This document shows, in pieces, positions 55,077 to 64,000 of a stretch of DNA of 64,000 nucleotides. A model generated the notes under the pieces. It had not been told where the DNA came from and did no database searches. It worked only from the letters and a program-made list of their open reading frames with translations. This stretch comes from Longimicrobiales bacterium. Its GTDB lineage: Bacteria; Gemmatimonadota; Gemmatimonadetes; Longimicrobiales; Gaopeijiaceae. A program made the translations under genes and the position numbers. Position 1 is the stretch's first letter. Each line of letters opens with the position of its first letter. The stretch lies in the NCBI GenBank assembly GCA_041690395.1, contig JAWLHJ010000002.1, positions 532,751-596,750 on the forward strand. The letters run 5' to 3'.

Positions 55077-56615
55077 GTGAGCAACGGCGCCGCGAGATTC
55101 GGGTCCGACGCCTTCGCCACCGAGATCGCCGGAGCGCTCGCGAACTCGAGCGCCCTGGCCGTGATCCTCGTCGACGCTTCCCTCGTCGTCAGGGACGCCA
55201 ACCCGGGAGCGAGTAACACCCTGGGCGACGCCCTCCGGTCGGGAGCCCCGATCGGGGACGCGGTATGCGACGAGGACGTGGTGCGGCTGCGAGAGGCGAT
55301 CGACGAGCCGGCCGGCGACGGTGGCCCGTATCTGCTGCGCTCCGGGTCGGACCCCGAGCGCCCGGACGGCGCGCTCCTCGTGTCGCTGCTCCCGCTCTCG
55401 CACGAAGCCTTCGCGCTCGTGGGCAGGGCCGCCACGGAAGAGCTCGAGCGCGAGGCCCGGATCATCCGGGCGCGGCGCTGGGAGATCGTCGGGCAGCTGA
55501 CCAGCGGCGTGGCGCACGACCTGAACAACCGGCTCTCGACCGTCACGACGTTCTCGGACCTGATGCTGGGCGACGCCGAGCCGGACTCCCAGGACGCGGA
55601 GGATCTCGCGGAGATCAAGCAGGCCGGTCTCGACAGCGCGACGATCACGCGGAAGCTCGACCTCTTCGCCGGAGGACACGCGGGCGGCGCGGTCGACGCC
55701 GCGCTCCCGGATGTCGTACGGGGCTTCGAGAAGCTCATTCGCCGCTTCCTGGGGTCGGAGATCACCCTAGAGACCGAGTTGGACGAGGCATGCCCGCGCG
55801 TCGCGGCTCCGCCGATCCGGATCGAGGAGATGCTGATCGCGCTCGTGGCCAACGCGCGCGACGCGATGGCGGACGGCGGCACGCTCACCGTGCGGGTGCG
55901 TCCGTCGACGCCGTCCGAGGGGCCGGCGGGAGCGGCGGTTCTCGAAGTCCACGACACCGGCCCGCACGACGCCATTCCTCCGCTCGAGCGCGCGCTGGAG
56001 CCGTTCTTCTCGTCGAAGCCCCACGGCATCGGCTCGGGGCTGGGGCTCGGCACGGTGCACGGGATCGCCACGGAGCTCGGCGGCACGGTGCGGATGGCCC
56101 GGGAGGATGGCGGGACTCGTGTCACGCTGGTGCTGCCGGGACTTACCGAGGGGGGCGTGGACGAAGCCGAAGGACGGAGCGCAGCGTCCGATGTCCACGG
56201 TGTGTCGGGTGGCCCCACGCGGGTGGGCCTCGTCGAGCCGGGGGACGAAGCCAGGAGCGGGCTGGCTCGCGGCCTCGAGCGGCACGGCCTTCAGGTGTTC
56301 GGTGGGGCGGACATCTCGGCGCTCCGTGGCGACGACGGTCCCCTGGACGCCGTGATCGCCGACGTCCCGGACAGGCCGGGGGCCGGCGCCGCACTGGTGC
56401 AGGCGATCCGCGAGCGCTCCGGCGAGGTGCCGGTCGTCCTGCTTCGGCGCCGGGCGAGCCCGCGCGCGACGCTGCCCGGCACGCCCGGCGTGGTGGAGCT
56501 CGCCAAGCCTGTCGACCTGGCGCGGATCCGGGCGGCGCTGCTGTCGCTCCCCCGCCCCGGGGGCGACGTGCCCGAGGGTGACGTGGGGTACTCGCCCGGA
56601 GCCCGCGCCCGGTGA
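55077..56615 (+). CDS. Histidine kinase with degenerate C-terminal receiver
   Basis: GVAHDLNN, NARDAM, HDTG, EPFFSSK and GSGLGL motifs; GAGGAGG RBS. Confidence 0.88.
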   Translation: MSNGAARFGSDAFATEIAGALANSSALAVILVDASLVVRDANPGASNTLGDALRSGAPIGDAVCDEDVVRLREAIDEPAGDGGPYLLRSGSDPERPDGALLVSLLPLSHEAFALVGRAATEELEREARIIRARRWEIVGQLTSGVAHDLNNRLSTVTTFSDLMLGDAEPDSQDAEDLAEIKQAGLDSATITRKLDLFAGGHAGGAVDAALPDVVRGFEKLIRRFLGSEITLETELDEACPRVAAPPIRIEEMLIALVANARDAMADGGTLTVRVRPSTPSEGPAGAAVLEVHDTGPHDAIPPLERALEPFFSSKPHGIGSGLGLGTVHGIATELGGTVRMAREDGGTRVTLVLPGLTEGGVDEAEGRSAASDVHGVSGGPTRVGLVEPGDEARSGLARGLERHGLQVFGGADISALRGDDGPLDAVIADVPDRPGAGAALVQAIRERSGEVPVVLLRRRASPRATLPGTPGVVELAKPVDLARIRAALLSLPRPGGDVPEGDVGYSPGARAR

Positions 56616-59020
56616 AGATGATCACCAACGAGCGAAACGCCGAGTCAGGGCGTCGCTCCGTTCCACCCCGGGCGCTGATCCTTTCGATCGCGACGCTGCT
56701 GGTGCCGCTCGTGAGCGTCGGTGTCGTGCCGGACGTCACGGGCGAGGAGCTCGGCCTACTCGTCTGGATCTCCGCGCTGATCCCGGGCTTCCTGCTCTCC
56801 TACTACCGGGGATGGTCCGGCAGCGCCATGGCGTTGGCCGGCGGCATGGCGCTCATCGCGCTGTCCAACGTCGTGCTGAACCTCCGGGGGCTCCCCCTGC
56901 CCAGCCCGGGCATGACCGTGTTGCTGGTCGGGGGATACCTCGCGGTCAGCTTCGGTCTCGGGCTCGTGACCGAGCTCCTGCACCGGGAGCGGAGGGCGGC
57001 GCAGGAGCAGGCGCTCACCGACGCTCTCACCGGCCTTCCGAACCGCCGGCACGCCGAGGTCTTCCTCGACGCGGCGATGGGCACGGCCCGCTCGACCAGG
57101 GGCCCGCTCTCGGTCGTGGTCTTCGACCTCGACCACTTCAAGTGGCTGAACGACACGCACGGGCACGCGGCAGGAGACGACGTGCTGAGGGAGTTCGCCG
57201 GCATCCTGAAAGCTCACGAGAACCCGAGTTGGCTCTTCGCGCGCATGGGCGGAGAGGAGTTCCTGGCGGTCCTCGGCCACACACCGGTGGAGGAGGCCGT
57301 GCAGTTCGCCGAGGGGACCCGGGCCGCACTGGCCGGCCTCGACCTCCGCTGGCAGCCGATCACCGCGAGCGCCGGTGTCGCGGGGCTGGGCAACGCCCGG
57401 CACGCCCGAGAGCTCCTGGAGGCCGCGGACGGCGCCCTCTATCAGGCGAAGGAGCTCGGGCGGGACCGGGTCCACGTGGCGGGCGAGAAGCTCGCACGTC
57501 GGGATACCGACAGCGACGCCCGCGACGCGGACGTCCTCTCGCCGGTCTCCGGCCGCGGGCTGATCGTCCTGCGGGACCCCGCCGACCGGAAGTCGGTGCG
57601 GCGCATCCTCGAGCTCAACGGTCTGAGGGTCGAGGAGTACGAGAGCTCCGAGGACGTGCCCATCCAGGTGAACCGCGGAGAGGGCCCGGTCGCCGTGGTG
57701 GTCACCGCGTCCAAGAACGCAGAGCGCTTCGAACACGAGCTGGCGACCCTCGCGACCGTCGTCGGAGAGGACGTGCCGCGCGTCTTCTTCGTGCCTCCGG
57801 AGTCCGATCTCGCATCGCGCGCGCTCGAGGCGGACGCGACCCTGGTCGGGTGGCCTCCGTCGGGAGACAGGCTCCTCCCGGTGTTGGCGGGCCTCCTGAC
57901 GCGCCCGATCGTGAGAGGTCTCGAGCAGGATCTCTCGGCCGGCGGCTCGGCTTCGAGACTCGGCGGAGAGGACACCCCGCTCACGGAGGGACTCGTGCTC
58001 GTCGTCGACGACGAGCGCTCCAACCGCGTGGCGCTCCAGCGCACGCTCGAGGACATCGGGTTCAAGCGGATCGTCACGGCGGAGGACGGCGAGAGCGCCC
58101 TCGAGGCCGTGGTCTCGGAGCACCCCGACCTTCTGATCCTCGACCTGCACATGCCGGGCATGGACGGCTTCGCCGTGCTCGATTCGCTCCGGGCTCAACT
58201 GTCCGACGACGACTTCCTGCCGGTGCTCATCGTGACCGGGGACAAGCAGTGGGAGCTCCGGCAGCGAGCGCTCAGCATGGGCGCGAAGGATTTCCTCAAC
58301 AAGCCCTTCGACGTGTCCGAGCTCGGCGCCCGGGTGCTGAACCTCCTCGAGACGCGCCGGCTGCACCTGCAGATGCGGGAGCTGAACCACCTCCTGGAGC
58401 GTCGGGTCTGGACCCGGACCCGGGAGCTCGAGCGGGCCAAGGACGAGATCCTGTTCCGATTGGCGCAGGCCGCGGAGTACCGGGACGACGTCACCGGGAA
58501 GCATGCCGAACGCGTGGGCGCCGCATCCGCGATCCTGGCCGAGGTCCTCGGACTCAGCCCGGCCCAGTGCGACATCCTGCGTCGGGCGGCTCCCCTGCAC
58601 GACGTCGGGAAGATCGCCATCCCGGACTCCATCCTCCTCAAGCGTGGGCCACTCACGCCCGAGGAGCGCGAGGTCATGGAGAGCCACACGACCATCGGCG
58701 CCCACCTGCTCACCGAGAGCACCAGCGAGATCATCGAGAGCGCCCGGGTCATCGCCCTCACGCATCACGAGCGCTGGGACGGGCGCGGCTACCCCAACGG
58801 CATCTCGGCGTCCGAGATCCCGATCGAAGGTCAGATCGTCTCGGTGGTCGATGCCCTCGACGCCCTCACCCACACCCGTCCCTACAAGACGAGCATGGGC
58901 TACGCGGAGGCGGAGGCGCGCCTGCTCGCGGACGAGGGTACGGCCTTCGCACCGGAGCTGGCTCGCGCGCTGGTCCGCGCCAGGGGCCGCCTCCAGGTCG
59001 TGATGTCCGAGGGCTCCTGA
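56612..59020 (+). CDS. Membrane diguanylate cyclase / HD-GYP phosphodiesterase (TM-GGDEF-pseudoREC-REC-HD-GYP)
   Basis: TDALTGLPNRR, DLDHFK.LND..GH..GD, RMGGEEF, LDLHMP, LHDVGK, HHERWDGRGYP and RPYK motifs. Confidence 0.93.
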   Translation: MKMITNERNAESGRRSVPPRALILSIATLLVPLVSVGVVPDVTGEELGLLVWISALIPGFLLSYYRGWSGSAMALAGGMALIALSNVVLNLRGLPLPSPGMTVLLVGGYLAVSFGLGLVTELLHRERRAAQEQALTDALTGLPNRRHAEVFLDAAMGTARSTRGPLSVVVFDLDHFKWLNDTHGHAAGDDVLREFAGILKAHENPSWLFARMGGEEFLAVLGHTPVEEAVQFAEGTRAALAGLDLRWQPITASAGVAGLGNARHARELLEAADGALYQAKELGRDRVHVAGEKLARRDTDSDARDADVLSPVSGRGLIVLRDPADRKSVRRILELNGLRVEEYESSEDVPIQVNRGEGPVAVVVTASKNAERFEHELATLATVVGEDVPRVFFVPPESDLASRALEADATLVGWPPSGDRLLPVLAGLLTRPIVRGLEQDLSAGGSASRLGGEDTPLTEGLVLVVDDERSNRVALQRTLEDIGFKRIVTAEDGESALEAVVSEHPDLLILDLHMPGMDGFAVLDSLRAQLSDDDFLPVLIVTGDKQWELRQRALSMGAKDFLNKPFDVSELGARVLNLLETRRLHLQMRELNHLLERRVWTRTRELERAKDEILFRLAQAAEYRDDVTGKHAERVGAASAILAEVLGLSPAQCDILRRAAPLHDVGKIAIPDSILLKRGPLTPEEREVMESHTTIGAHLLTESTSEIIESARVIALTHHERWDGRGYPNGISASEIPIEGQIVSVVDALDALTHTRPYKTSMGYAEAEARLLADEGTAFAPELARALVRARGRLQVVMSEGS

Positions 59021-59070
59021 CGGCGCCTGCCCGGTGCCCTGAGTGGTCCTCCGGTCGCCTTCCCCGGCCC

Positions 59071-59098
59071 ACTCGTTCCGTCTAAGTTCGGAACGAGT
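59071..59098. terminator. Perfect 10-bp inverted repeat (terminator or operator)
   Basis: ACTCGTTCCG-TCTAAGTT-CGGAACGAGT. Confidence 0.5.
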
Positions 59099-59158
59099 CC
59101 ATGCGCCGGAGCGACGCACCGCTCGTCGGCGCCCCACAGAGCTCGGAGAAGGATCGTC

Positions 59159-59956
59159 ATGGGTCTCGAACGAACCGTCCTGCTGGCCGCCGGCCTGGCC
59201 CTCGCCAGCGGCTGTTATTCCTACGCCCCCGTGCGCGTCGAATCCCTGACTCCGGGGCAGACCGTGCGTGTGCGCCTCACGCCGGAGGAGGCCATGAGGC
59301 TGGAGGAGATGCGCCGGACGGACGACCGTCTCATGGAAGGGACCTATCTCGAGACGTCCGGGCTCGAAATGACCGTGAACACGCAGGTGTCACGGAACGA
59401 TCCCATGGCGGGAACGCGCGCGCTGATCCAGACCATCGACGTGCCGCTGAGCCAGGTGGTGGAGGTCGAGGAGAAGGCCTTCGATCGGCTGAAGACCGGG
59501 GCCGTGGTCGCTGGGCTGGCTGCCGGGCTGGTCTGGGCGATCATCGAATCCACCGGTGACGCGGTCGCGCCCGGCACGAATCCGCCTCCTCCGCCTCCGC
59601 CGGAGTCGCGAATCCCGTCGTTCTCCCTCGTCCGGTTCGCGCTGCCGTTCTCGCCGGGTCCGCCGCGCGGCGGGGAACGAAAACGGGGGTGGGGCCGCTC
59701 GCGGCCCCACCCCCTTCGTTCATCCGGGATCCGGTGCCGGCGGCCAAGCCCCCGACACCACCCGTCGAGCCTCAGGTCCCCGGAGGGCTACCGAGATTCT
59801 GGTTCGTCTCGTACTCCGCTTCCGGAATCGGATAGCAGAGCGTCTGGTTCGCGACCAGGTACGAGTCCGGATGTCCTGCAGTCTCGTACGTCGAGAGCGT
59901 GCCCGGGGTGCTGTTCTCCTCCCACCGGGTCAGGTCGATCATGCGGCGGGCGTTGA
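59159..59956 (+). CDS. Hypothetical lipoprotein; 3' end doubtful (coding character ends near 59650)
   Basis: AAGGA RBS, lipobox ASGC, a TM-like segment and a poly-Pro run; the ORF tail overlaps the convergent SusD-like gene. Confidence 0.65.
   Translation: MGLERTVLLAAGLALASGCYSYAPVRVESLTPGQTVRVRLTPEEAMRLEEMRRTDDRLMEGTYLETSGLEMTVNTQVSRNDPMAGTRALIQTIDVPLSQVVEVEEKAFDRLKTGAVVAGLAAGLVWAIIESTGDAVAPGTNPPPPPPPESRIPSFSLVRFALPFSPGPPRGGERKRGWGRSRPHPLRSSGIRCRRPSPRHHPSSLRSPEGYRDSGSSRTPLPESDSRASGSRPGTSPDVLQSRTSRACPGCCSPPTGSGRSCGGR
59675..59721. terminator. Long hairpin, probable bidirectional terminator
   Basis: GGGGGTGGGGCCG-CTCG-CGGCCCCACCCCC, flanked by GAACGAA / TTCGTTC. Confidence 0.8.
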
Positions 59957-61103
59957 GCCAGAGCTCGATGCCGCGCTCACGCTTGTAGACCGTCCACGCC
60001 TCGGCCAGCGACCCAGCAGCCCAGGGGTCCAGGCCGAGTTCCACCCGGTGCCGGTTGATCAGCTCCATGGTCGTGGCTCCGAAGTCCCCGCCCATGAGAC
60101 GGTTCTCGGCCTCCAGAAGCCGCATCTCCCAACCCGAGGACAACTCGTGCGGGGAATCCGGCTGGTCGTGCTTCAGCTGGAAGTACCACAGCGCACGCTC
60201 GTTGTCGAGCAGCGCCAGCCCCGCGTCACCCAGCGGAATGTTGGGGTTGAGGTCCCACGGCGTGCGGGGATCCTCGGTGTCGAGGTAGTAGTCCTCGTAG
60301 AACGTGTTCCACACCGTGTGCGCGCGGTACGGCGAGTTCGCCCCGGCCATGTAGATCCGGTTGTACTGCGACTGCTGCTGGGTGGTGTAGTTCATGTTGA
60401 ACGAGAAATCGTCCGGCACCTGACCGGCGTCCGCCATCGCGCCCGTCCAGTCGCCCAGATTCGCGCGAACCGCCGCGCGACCGGCGTAGGCCGCAGTCAC
60501 CTCGTCGTCGAACGCGGCGTCGCCGCCCGCCAGGCTGATGACCTCGCCGAACAGCTCTTCGGACCGCTCCCAGAACACGGAACGATCCTGGGCGGCGCTG
60601 CCGTCGATGACCGCCTGGCAGAACGCGTCACCGAGAAGCCTGTACGTATAGGCTCCCCAGAGGGCCGTCTCGACCGCCGGCTCGTATCCCTGGAGCGTGA
60701 CGTTCTCGTTCTCCGCGAATCGCGTCAGGAAGTCCTCGGCCATGCGGCGTGCGCGCTGGCCAGCCGTCCAAGGGGTCCCGACGTGCGTGTCGTCGTACCG
60801 GATGATACCGGTCTGCTGCGCACCCGTGATCCCGAAGGACCCCGTCGAGCCGGCCGGGAAGATCTCCCGAGTCACGGCACCGGTGGTGTACGCGGCGTTG
60901 GTCAGTGCGTCCGCCAACTGGACCATGACACCGTTCGCCATGGCCTCGTGCGCGGTCGCGTTGTCGAGGAAGTCGTCCTCGACCGGTCCGGGGTTCGTGA
61001 CTTCGAAGTCACAGGCCGCCGGGGCGAGGGCGAGCATCAAAGCCGCCCCCATGCCGCCGGCGCGCCTACGCCAGGACCCGTTGGTATTCGAGTCGAATAT
61101 CAT
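59772..61103 (-). CDS. RagB/SusD-like nutrient-binding lipoprotein
   Basis: Lipobox PAAC, LLEAE, ERGIELW....RMIDL.R and YPIPEAE motifs; directly downstream of the SusC-like gene. Confidence 0.88.
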   Translation of the reverse strand: MIFDSNTNGSWRRRAGGMGAALMLALAPAACDFEVTNPGPVEDDFLDNATAHEAMANGVMVQLADALTNAAYTTGAVTREIFPAGSTGSFGITGAQQTGIIRYDDTHVGTPWTAGQRARRMAEDFLTRFAENENVTLQGYEPAVETALWGAYTYRLLGDAFCQAVIDGSAAQDRSVFWERSEELFGEVISLAGGDAAFDDEVTAAYAGRAAVRANLGDWTGAMADAGQVPDDFSFNMNYTTQQQSQYNRIYMAGANSPYRAHTVWNTFYEDYYLDTEDPRTPWDLNPNIPLGDAGLALLDNERALWYFQLKHDQPDSPHELSSGWEMRLLEAENRLMGGDFGATTMELINRHRVELGLDPWAAGSLAEAWTVYKRERGIELWLNARRMIDLTRWEENSTPGTLSTYETAGHPDSYLVANQTLCYPIPEAEYETNQNLGSPPGT

Positions 61104-61120
61104 TCTCTATTCCTCCGGGC

Positions 61121-64000
61121 TCAGAAGTTGATGCGCAGCGACGCGGTGAACGTCGCGGGCGGCGGAATGTGCTCGGTGATCCCCGGGTTCTGGTTGTCGA
61201 AACCAGTGTTCGTGACCATCTCCGGATCGAAGACCGGGAATTCATCGTTCCGCCAGCGGTACCAGTTCTGGCCCGACAGCGTAAGTACTGCGTTGGAGCT
61301 ACGCGGAATCAGGTCGCCCAGCGGAACCCGCAGGGTGACGTCACGCAGCTTGAAGAAGTCGGCCGGACGAATCACGTCGCCACGGAGGAGCGAGGCTTCA
61401 CAGTTGAAGCGCTGCTCGGCCGTCGTCGCGTCGCGGTTGCCCACGTCCGCGAGAAGGTAGTAGTCCGAGCAGGTCGGCCAACGGATGGAGCGGCCGACGG
61501 CGTTGTCGGTCGGACCGTCCTGGATGTAGTGGCCCGCCTGGTACTCACCCATGGCCGACAGCTCGAGGCCGTACGGCATGCGGAGCGAAGGACGGACGCC
61601 GAGCACGAAGGTTGGCTGCTGCGGCCCGAGCACCTGGTCCAGGTTGTAGCAAGGATCGCCAGCCGGAGTCGTGTCCGAGCACTGAACCGGATCGGCCGTC
61701 ACATCCGGGTTCTGCCACGTCGTACCGCGCGCGGCCATCACGGGGTAGCCCACCTCGACCCAACCACCACCGGCCGAGAACGGCGCGGCACCACCGAGGT
61801 CGAGGACCTCGGAAGAGTTGGTGTAGACGTTACCGTCGAGGTTGAAGCCCCAGTTCTCCTGATCCACAAGGGCGAAGCCGAGGTTCAGCTCGATGCCCTC
61901 GTTCTTCATCTCGCCGACGTTCTCCTGCTGCGAGAGCGGGAGACCCTGCGACGGCGCCTGACGCACGTTGAAGAGCGCGTCGGTGGTCTTCTGGCGGTAC
62001 CAGGTGAAGTCCGCGGTGACGCGGTTGTCGAACCCGGCCCAGTCGAAGCCGACTTCCATCTCGGTGGTCCGCTCCGGACCGAGGTCCGGGTTACCGAGGT
62101 TCTCGGGCTCGAGGTACGGCAGGCCGCCGTAACCGAGCGCTTCCCACGTCCGCACGGCGTCGAAGGTTCCGGGCGCACGACCGGACTGGCCGAGCGCGGC
62201 GCGGAGCTTCAGGTCGCCCATGCCCTCGCCCCAGAAGCTCTCGTCCGAGACGACGTAGGAGACGGACACCTTCGGGTACGCCTGGAGACCCAGGCTCTCA
62301 CCGAAGGCGCTGTTTCCGTCCATCCGGAGGCCGGCGGTGATGAAGTACCGGTCCATGATACCGAAGAGCGCCTGGCCGAAGAAGCCGGCGTTGATGGTGC
62401 GCTCACGGTCCTCGTAGGTGAGCTGCGTCGTACCGGCATCGAGCGTCGGGTTACCGGGGCCCGGGAAGTTCTGGGCCTCGCCACGCACCGCGCGCTCGTT
62501 GTTGGTGACCGTCTGACCGCCGACGGAAAGCGTGAGGTTGTAGTCGTCAGCCAACTCGAGGTCGTAGTTACCCACGTAGTCGAGGGTCAGGACCTCGAAG
62601 GAGTGCGCGCCCGTGTAGAGCACGCCGCCCGGGAACTGGAAGTAACCGAACTTCCGGATGTTCCGGTTGTCCTGGACCGCCTGGTCGTACCCGACCGTGA
62701 GACGGTTCGTGAACGCGTCGCTGGCCTGGTAGGTCAGCGTACCACCGAGCACGAAGCGGTCGATCCGGGTCGTGATGTCCTGGTCGAGCACCTTCCGGAT
62801 CGAGTCCGGGTTCGGGTCGCCGAAGTAGTTCCGCTCGCGGCGGAAGGCGTTCAGCGTCAGGCCCTGCGCGTTGTTGCCGGCCGGGGTACCGGTGATGTCG
62901 GTCCGGTTGTAGGCCGTGTTCACCTGCAGGGTGACGTTGTTCAGCGGCGTGAACGTGAAGTTACCGCGGATACCCGCCTTGTCCTCTTCGTCCAGCGGGA
63001 GCACGCCGTCGTTCGCGTCGAACTGACCGGACACGAAGTACTGGAGGTTCTCGCTTCCGCCCGTGACCGAGGCGGAGTAACGCTGGCGGAAACCGTCCCG
63101 GAGGTACGGCTCCATGTTCAGGTACTTGTAGCTGTAGCTACCGAGCGGGCCCGTGTAGGTGGCCGCGTTCGGGTCTTCCCACTCGCTCGGCGGACGCACG
63201 TCGACGTCCGGCGCGAACGGGCGGAGGCGGCTGAAGCCCTGATCCATCTGGACCGTCCAGCGCGGTGCGCCGCTCGACCCACGCTTCGTGAAGATCTGGA
63301 TCACGCCGGCCGCTGCCTCGGTGCCGTACAGCGTCGAAGCCGCGGACCCCTTGATGACCTCGATCCGGTCGATGTCCGACGGGTTGATGTCGTTCAGCGG
63401 CGACGCGGTGACGTTGTTGCCGCGCCCGGCGCCGGACGACGCCTGCTGGTTACGAGCATAGGAGCCGCTGCGCATCCGCACGCCGTCGATGTAGATGATC
63501 GGCTGGTTGGACTGCGACACGGAGACCGCGCCGCGCAGACGGATCTGCGCACCGCCACCGACCGAGCCGTTGCCCTGCGTGACCGTCAGGCCGGGAGCCC
63601 GCGCCTGCAGGAGCTGGTCGACGTTCGACGGCGGCGAGGGGATCTCGCTGACGTTGAGCTGGCTGATCGAGTTACCGACCTCGCGGCGACGCGCCTGGCC
63701 GGCGGTACCGGTCACGACGATCTCGTCGAGTCCGAGCGCCTCGTCTTCGAGCCTGAAGTTGACGACCGCGGGCGATCCGCCCTGGACGTCGACCGTCTGC
63801 TCGGCGGTGGCGTAACCGATCCGCTCCGCGCGCACCGTATACGTGCCGGGCGCGACGTTGACGATCAGGAAGCGTCCGTTGGATCCGGTCAGGACGCCGC
63901 GCTGGTTTTCGACCAGGTACACCTGGACGTCGGAAATCGGATTGCCGCCACGGGCTCCGACAACCTGGCCGGTGACCGTGGCCTGCTGCTGTGCCGCGAT
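61121..64000 (-). CDS. SusC/RagA-type TonB-dependent receptor (5' end outside the window)
   Basis: LDEIVVTG, PIIYIDGVR, DINPSDIDRIEVIKG.AASTLYG..AAAGVIQIFTKRG, GNPDLGPE and terminal Phe; frame stays open to the window edge. Confidence 0.95.
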   Translation of the reverse strand: MAAQQQATVTGQVVGARGGNPISDVQVYLVENQRGVLTGSNGRFLIVNVAPGTYTVRAERIGYATAEQTVDVQGGSPAVVNFRLEDEALGLDEIVVTGTAGQARRREVGNSISQLNVSEIPSPPSNVDQLLQARAPGLTVTQGNGSVGGGAQIRLRGAVSVSQSNQPIIYIDGVRMRSGSYARNQQASSGAGRGNNVTASPLNDINPSDIDRIEVIKGSAASTLYGTEAAAGVIQIFTKRGSSGAPRWTVQMDQGFSRLRPFAPDVDVRPPSEWEDPNAATYTGPLGSYSYKYLNMEPYLRDGFRQRYSASVTGGSENLQYFVSGQFDANDGVLPLDEEDKAGIRGNFTFTPLNNVTLQVNTAYNRTDITGTPAGNNAQGLTLNAFRRERNYFGDPNPDSIRKVLDQDITTRIDRFVLGGTLTYQASDAFTNRLTVGYDQAVQDNRNIRKFGYFQFPGGVLYTGAHSFEVLTLDYVGNYDLELADDYNLTLSVGGQTVTNNERAVRGEAQNFPGPGNPTLDAGTTQLTYEDRERTINAGFFGQALFGIMDRYFITAGLRMDGNSAFGESLGLQAYPKVSVSYVVSDESFWGEGMGDLKLRAALGQSGRAPGTFDAVRTWEALGYGGLPYLEPENLGNPDLGPERTTEMEVGFDWAGFDNRVTADFTWYRQKTTDALFNVRQAPSQGLPLSQQENVGEMKNEGIELNLGFALVDQENWGFNLDGNVYTNSSEVLDLGGAAPFSAGGGWVEVGYPVMAARGTTWQNPDVTADPVQCSDTTPAGDPCYNLDQVLGPQQPTFVLGVRPSLRMPYGLELSAMGEYQAGHYIQDGPTDNAVGRSIRWPTCSDYYLLADVGNRDATTAEQRFNCEASLLRGDVIRPADFFKLRDVTLRVPLGDLIPRSSNAVLTLSGQNWYRWRNDEFPVFDPEMVTNTGFDNQNPGITEHIPPPATFTASLRINF

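Noticed and set aside
59581..59602. CCG/CCT repeat tract as a contingency locus
   Set aside because: It is an in-frame poly-proline linker with mixed codons, not a phase-variable repeat.
1..64000. CRISPR arrays, tRNA/rRNA, IS elements, integrases, prophage or recognisable defence genes
   Set aside because: I saw no spaced direct repeats, cloverleafs, transposase/integrase motifs or compositional islands by eye.
59772..64000. SusC/SusD pair as a polysaccharide utilisation locus
   Set aside because: No glycoside hydrolase is visible downstream and the upstream context is outside the window, so the substrate cannot be inferred.

Overview
This window is GC-rich, densely coding bacterial chromosomal DNA. 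The gene content (SusC/SusD pair, PEP-CTERM protein, orphan duplicated permease, DUF1592-DUF1552-ankyrin trio, many lipoproteins) suggests Gemmatimonadota; that is inference, since no marker gene is present. I found about 45 CDS and no tRNA, rRNA, CRISPR array, phage gene or transposase. Housekeeping genes are ilvD, a panE-like gene, nadA-nadC, an FKBP-type PPIase, yhbY and rsmD. The most interesting parts are: (1) a lipoprotein-signal MscS channel coupled to a 1076-aa P-loop protein lacking the Walker A lysine; (2) a tandem pair of lipoprotein HpcH/HpaI-aldolase-fold proteins with eroded active sites; (3) an 8-kb signalling island ending in a membrane GGDEF-REC-HD-GYP enzyme; (4) an itaconate/methylsuccinate-type CoA module between two M14 peptidases; (5) a stand-alone SoxCD-like pair; (6) a sigma-54-type promoter before a PEP-CTERM gene. 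All family assignments come from motifs recognised by eye; no database search was run.
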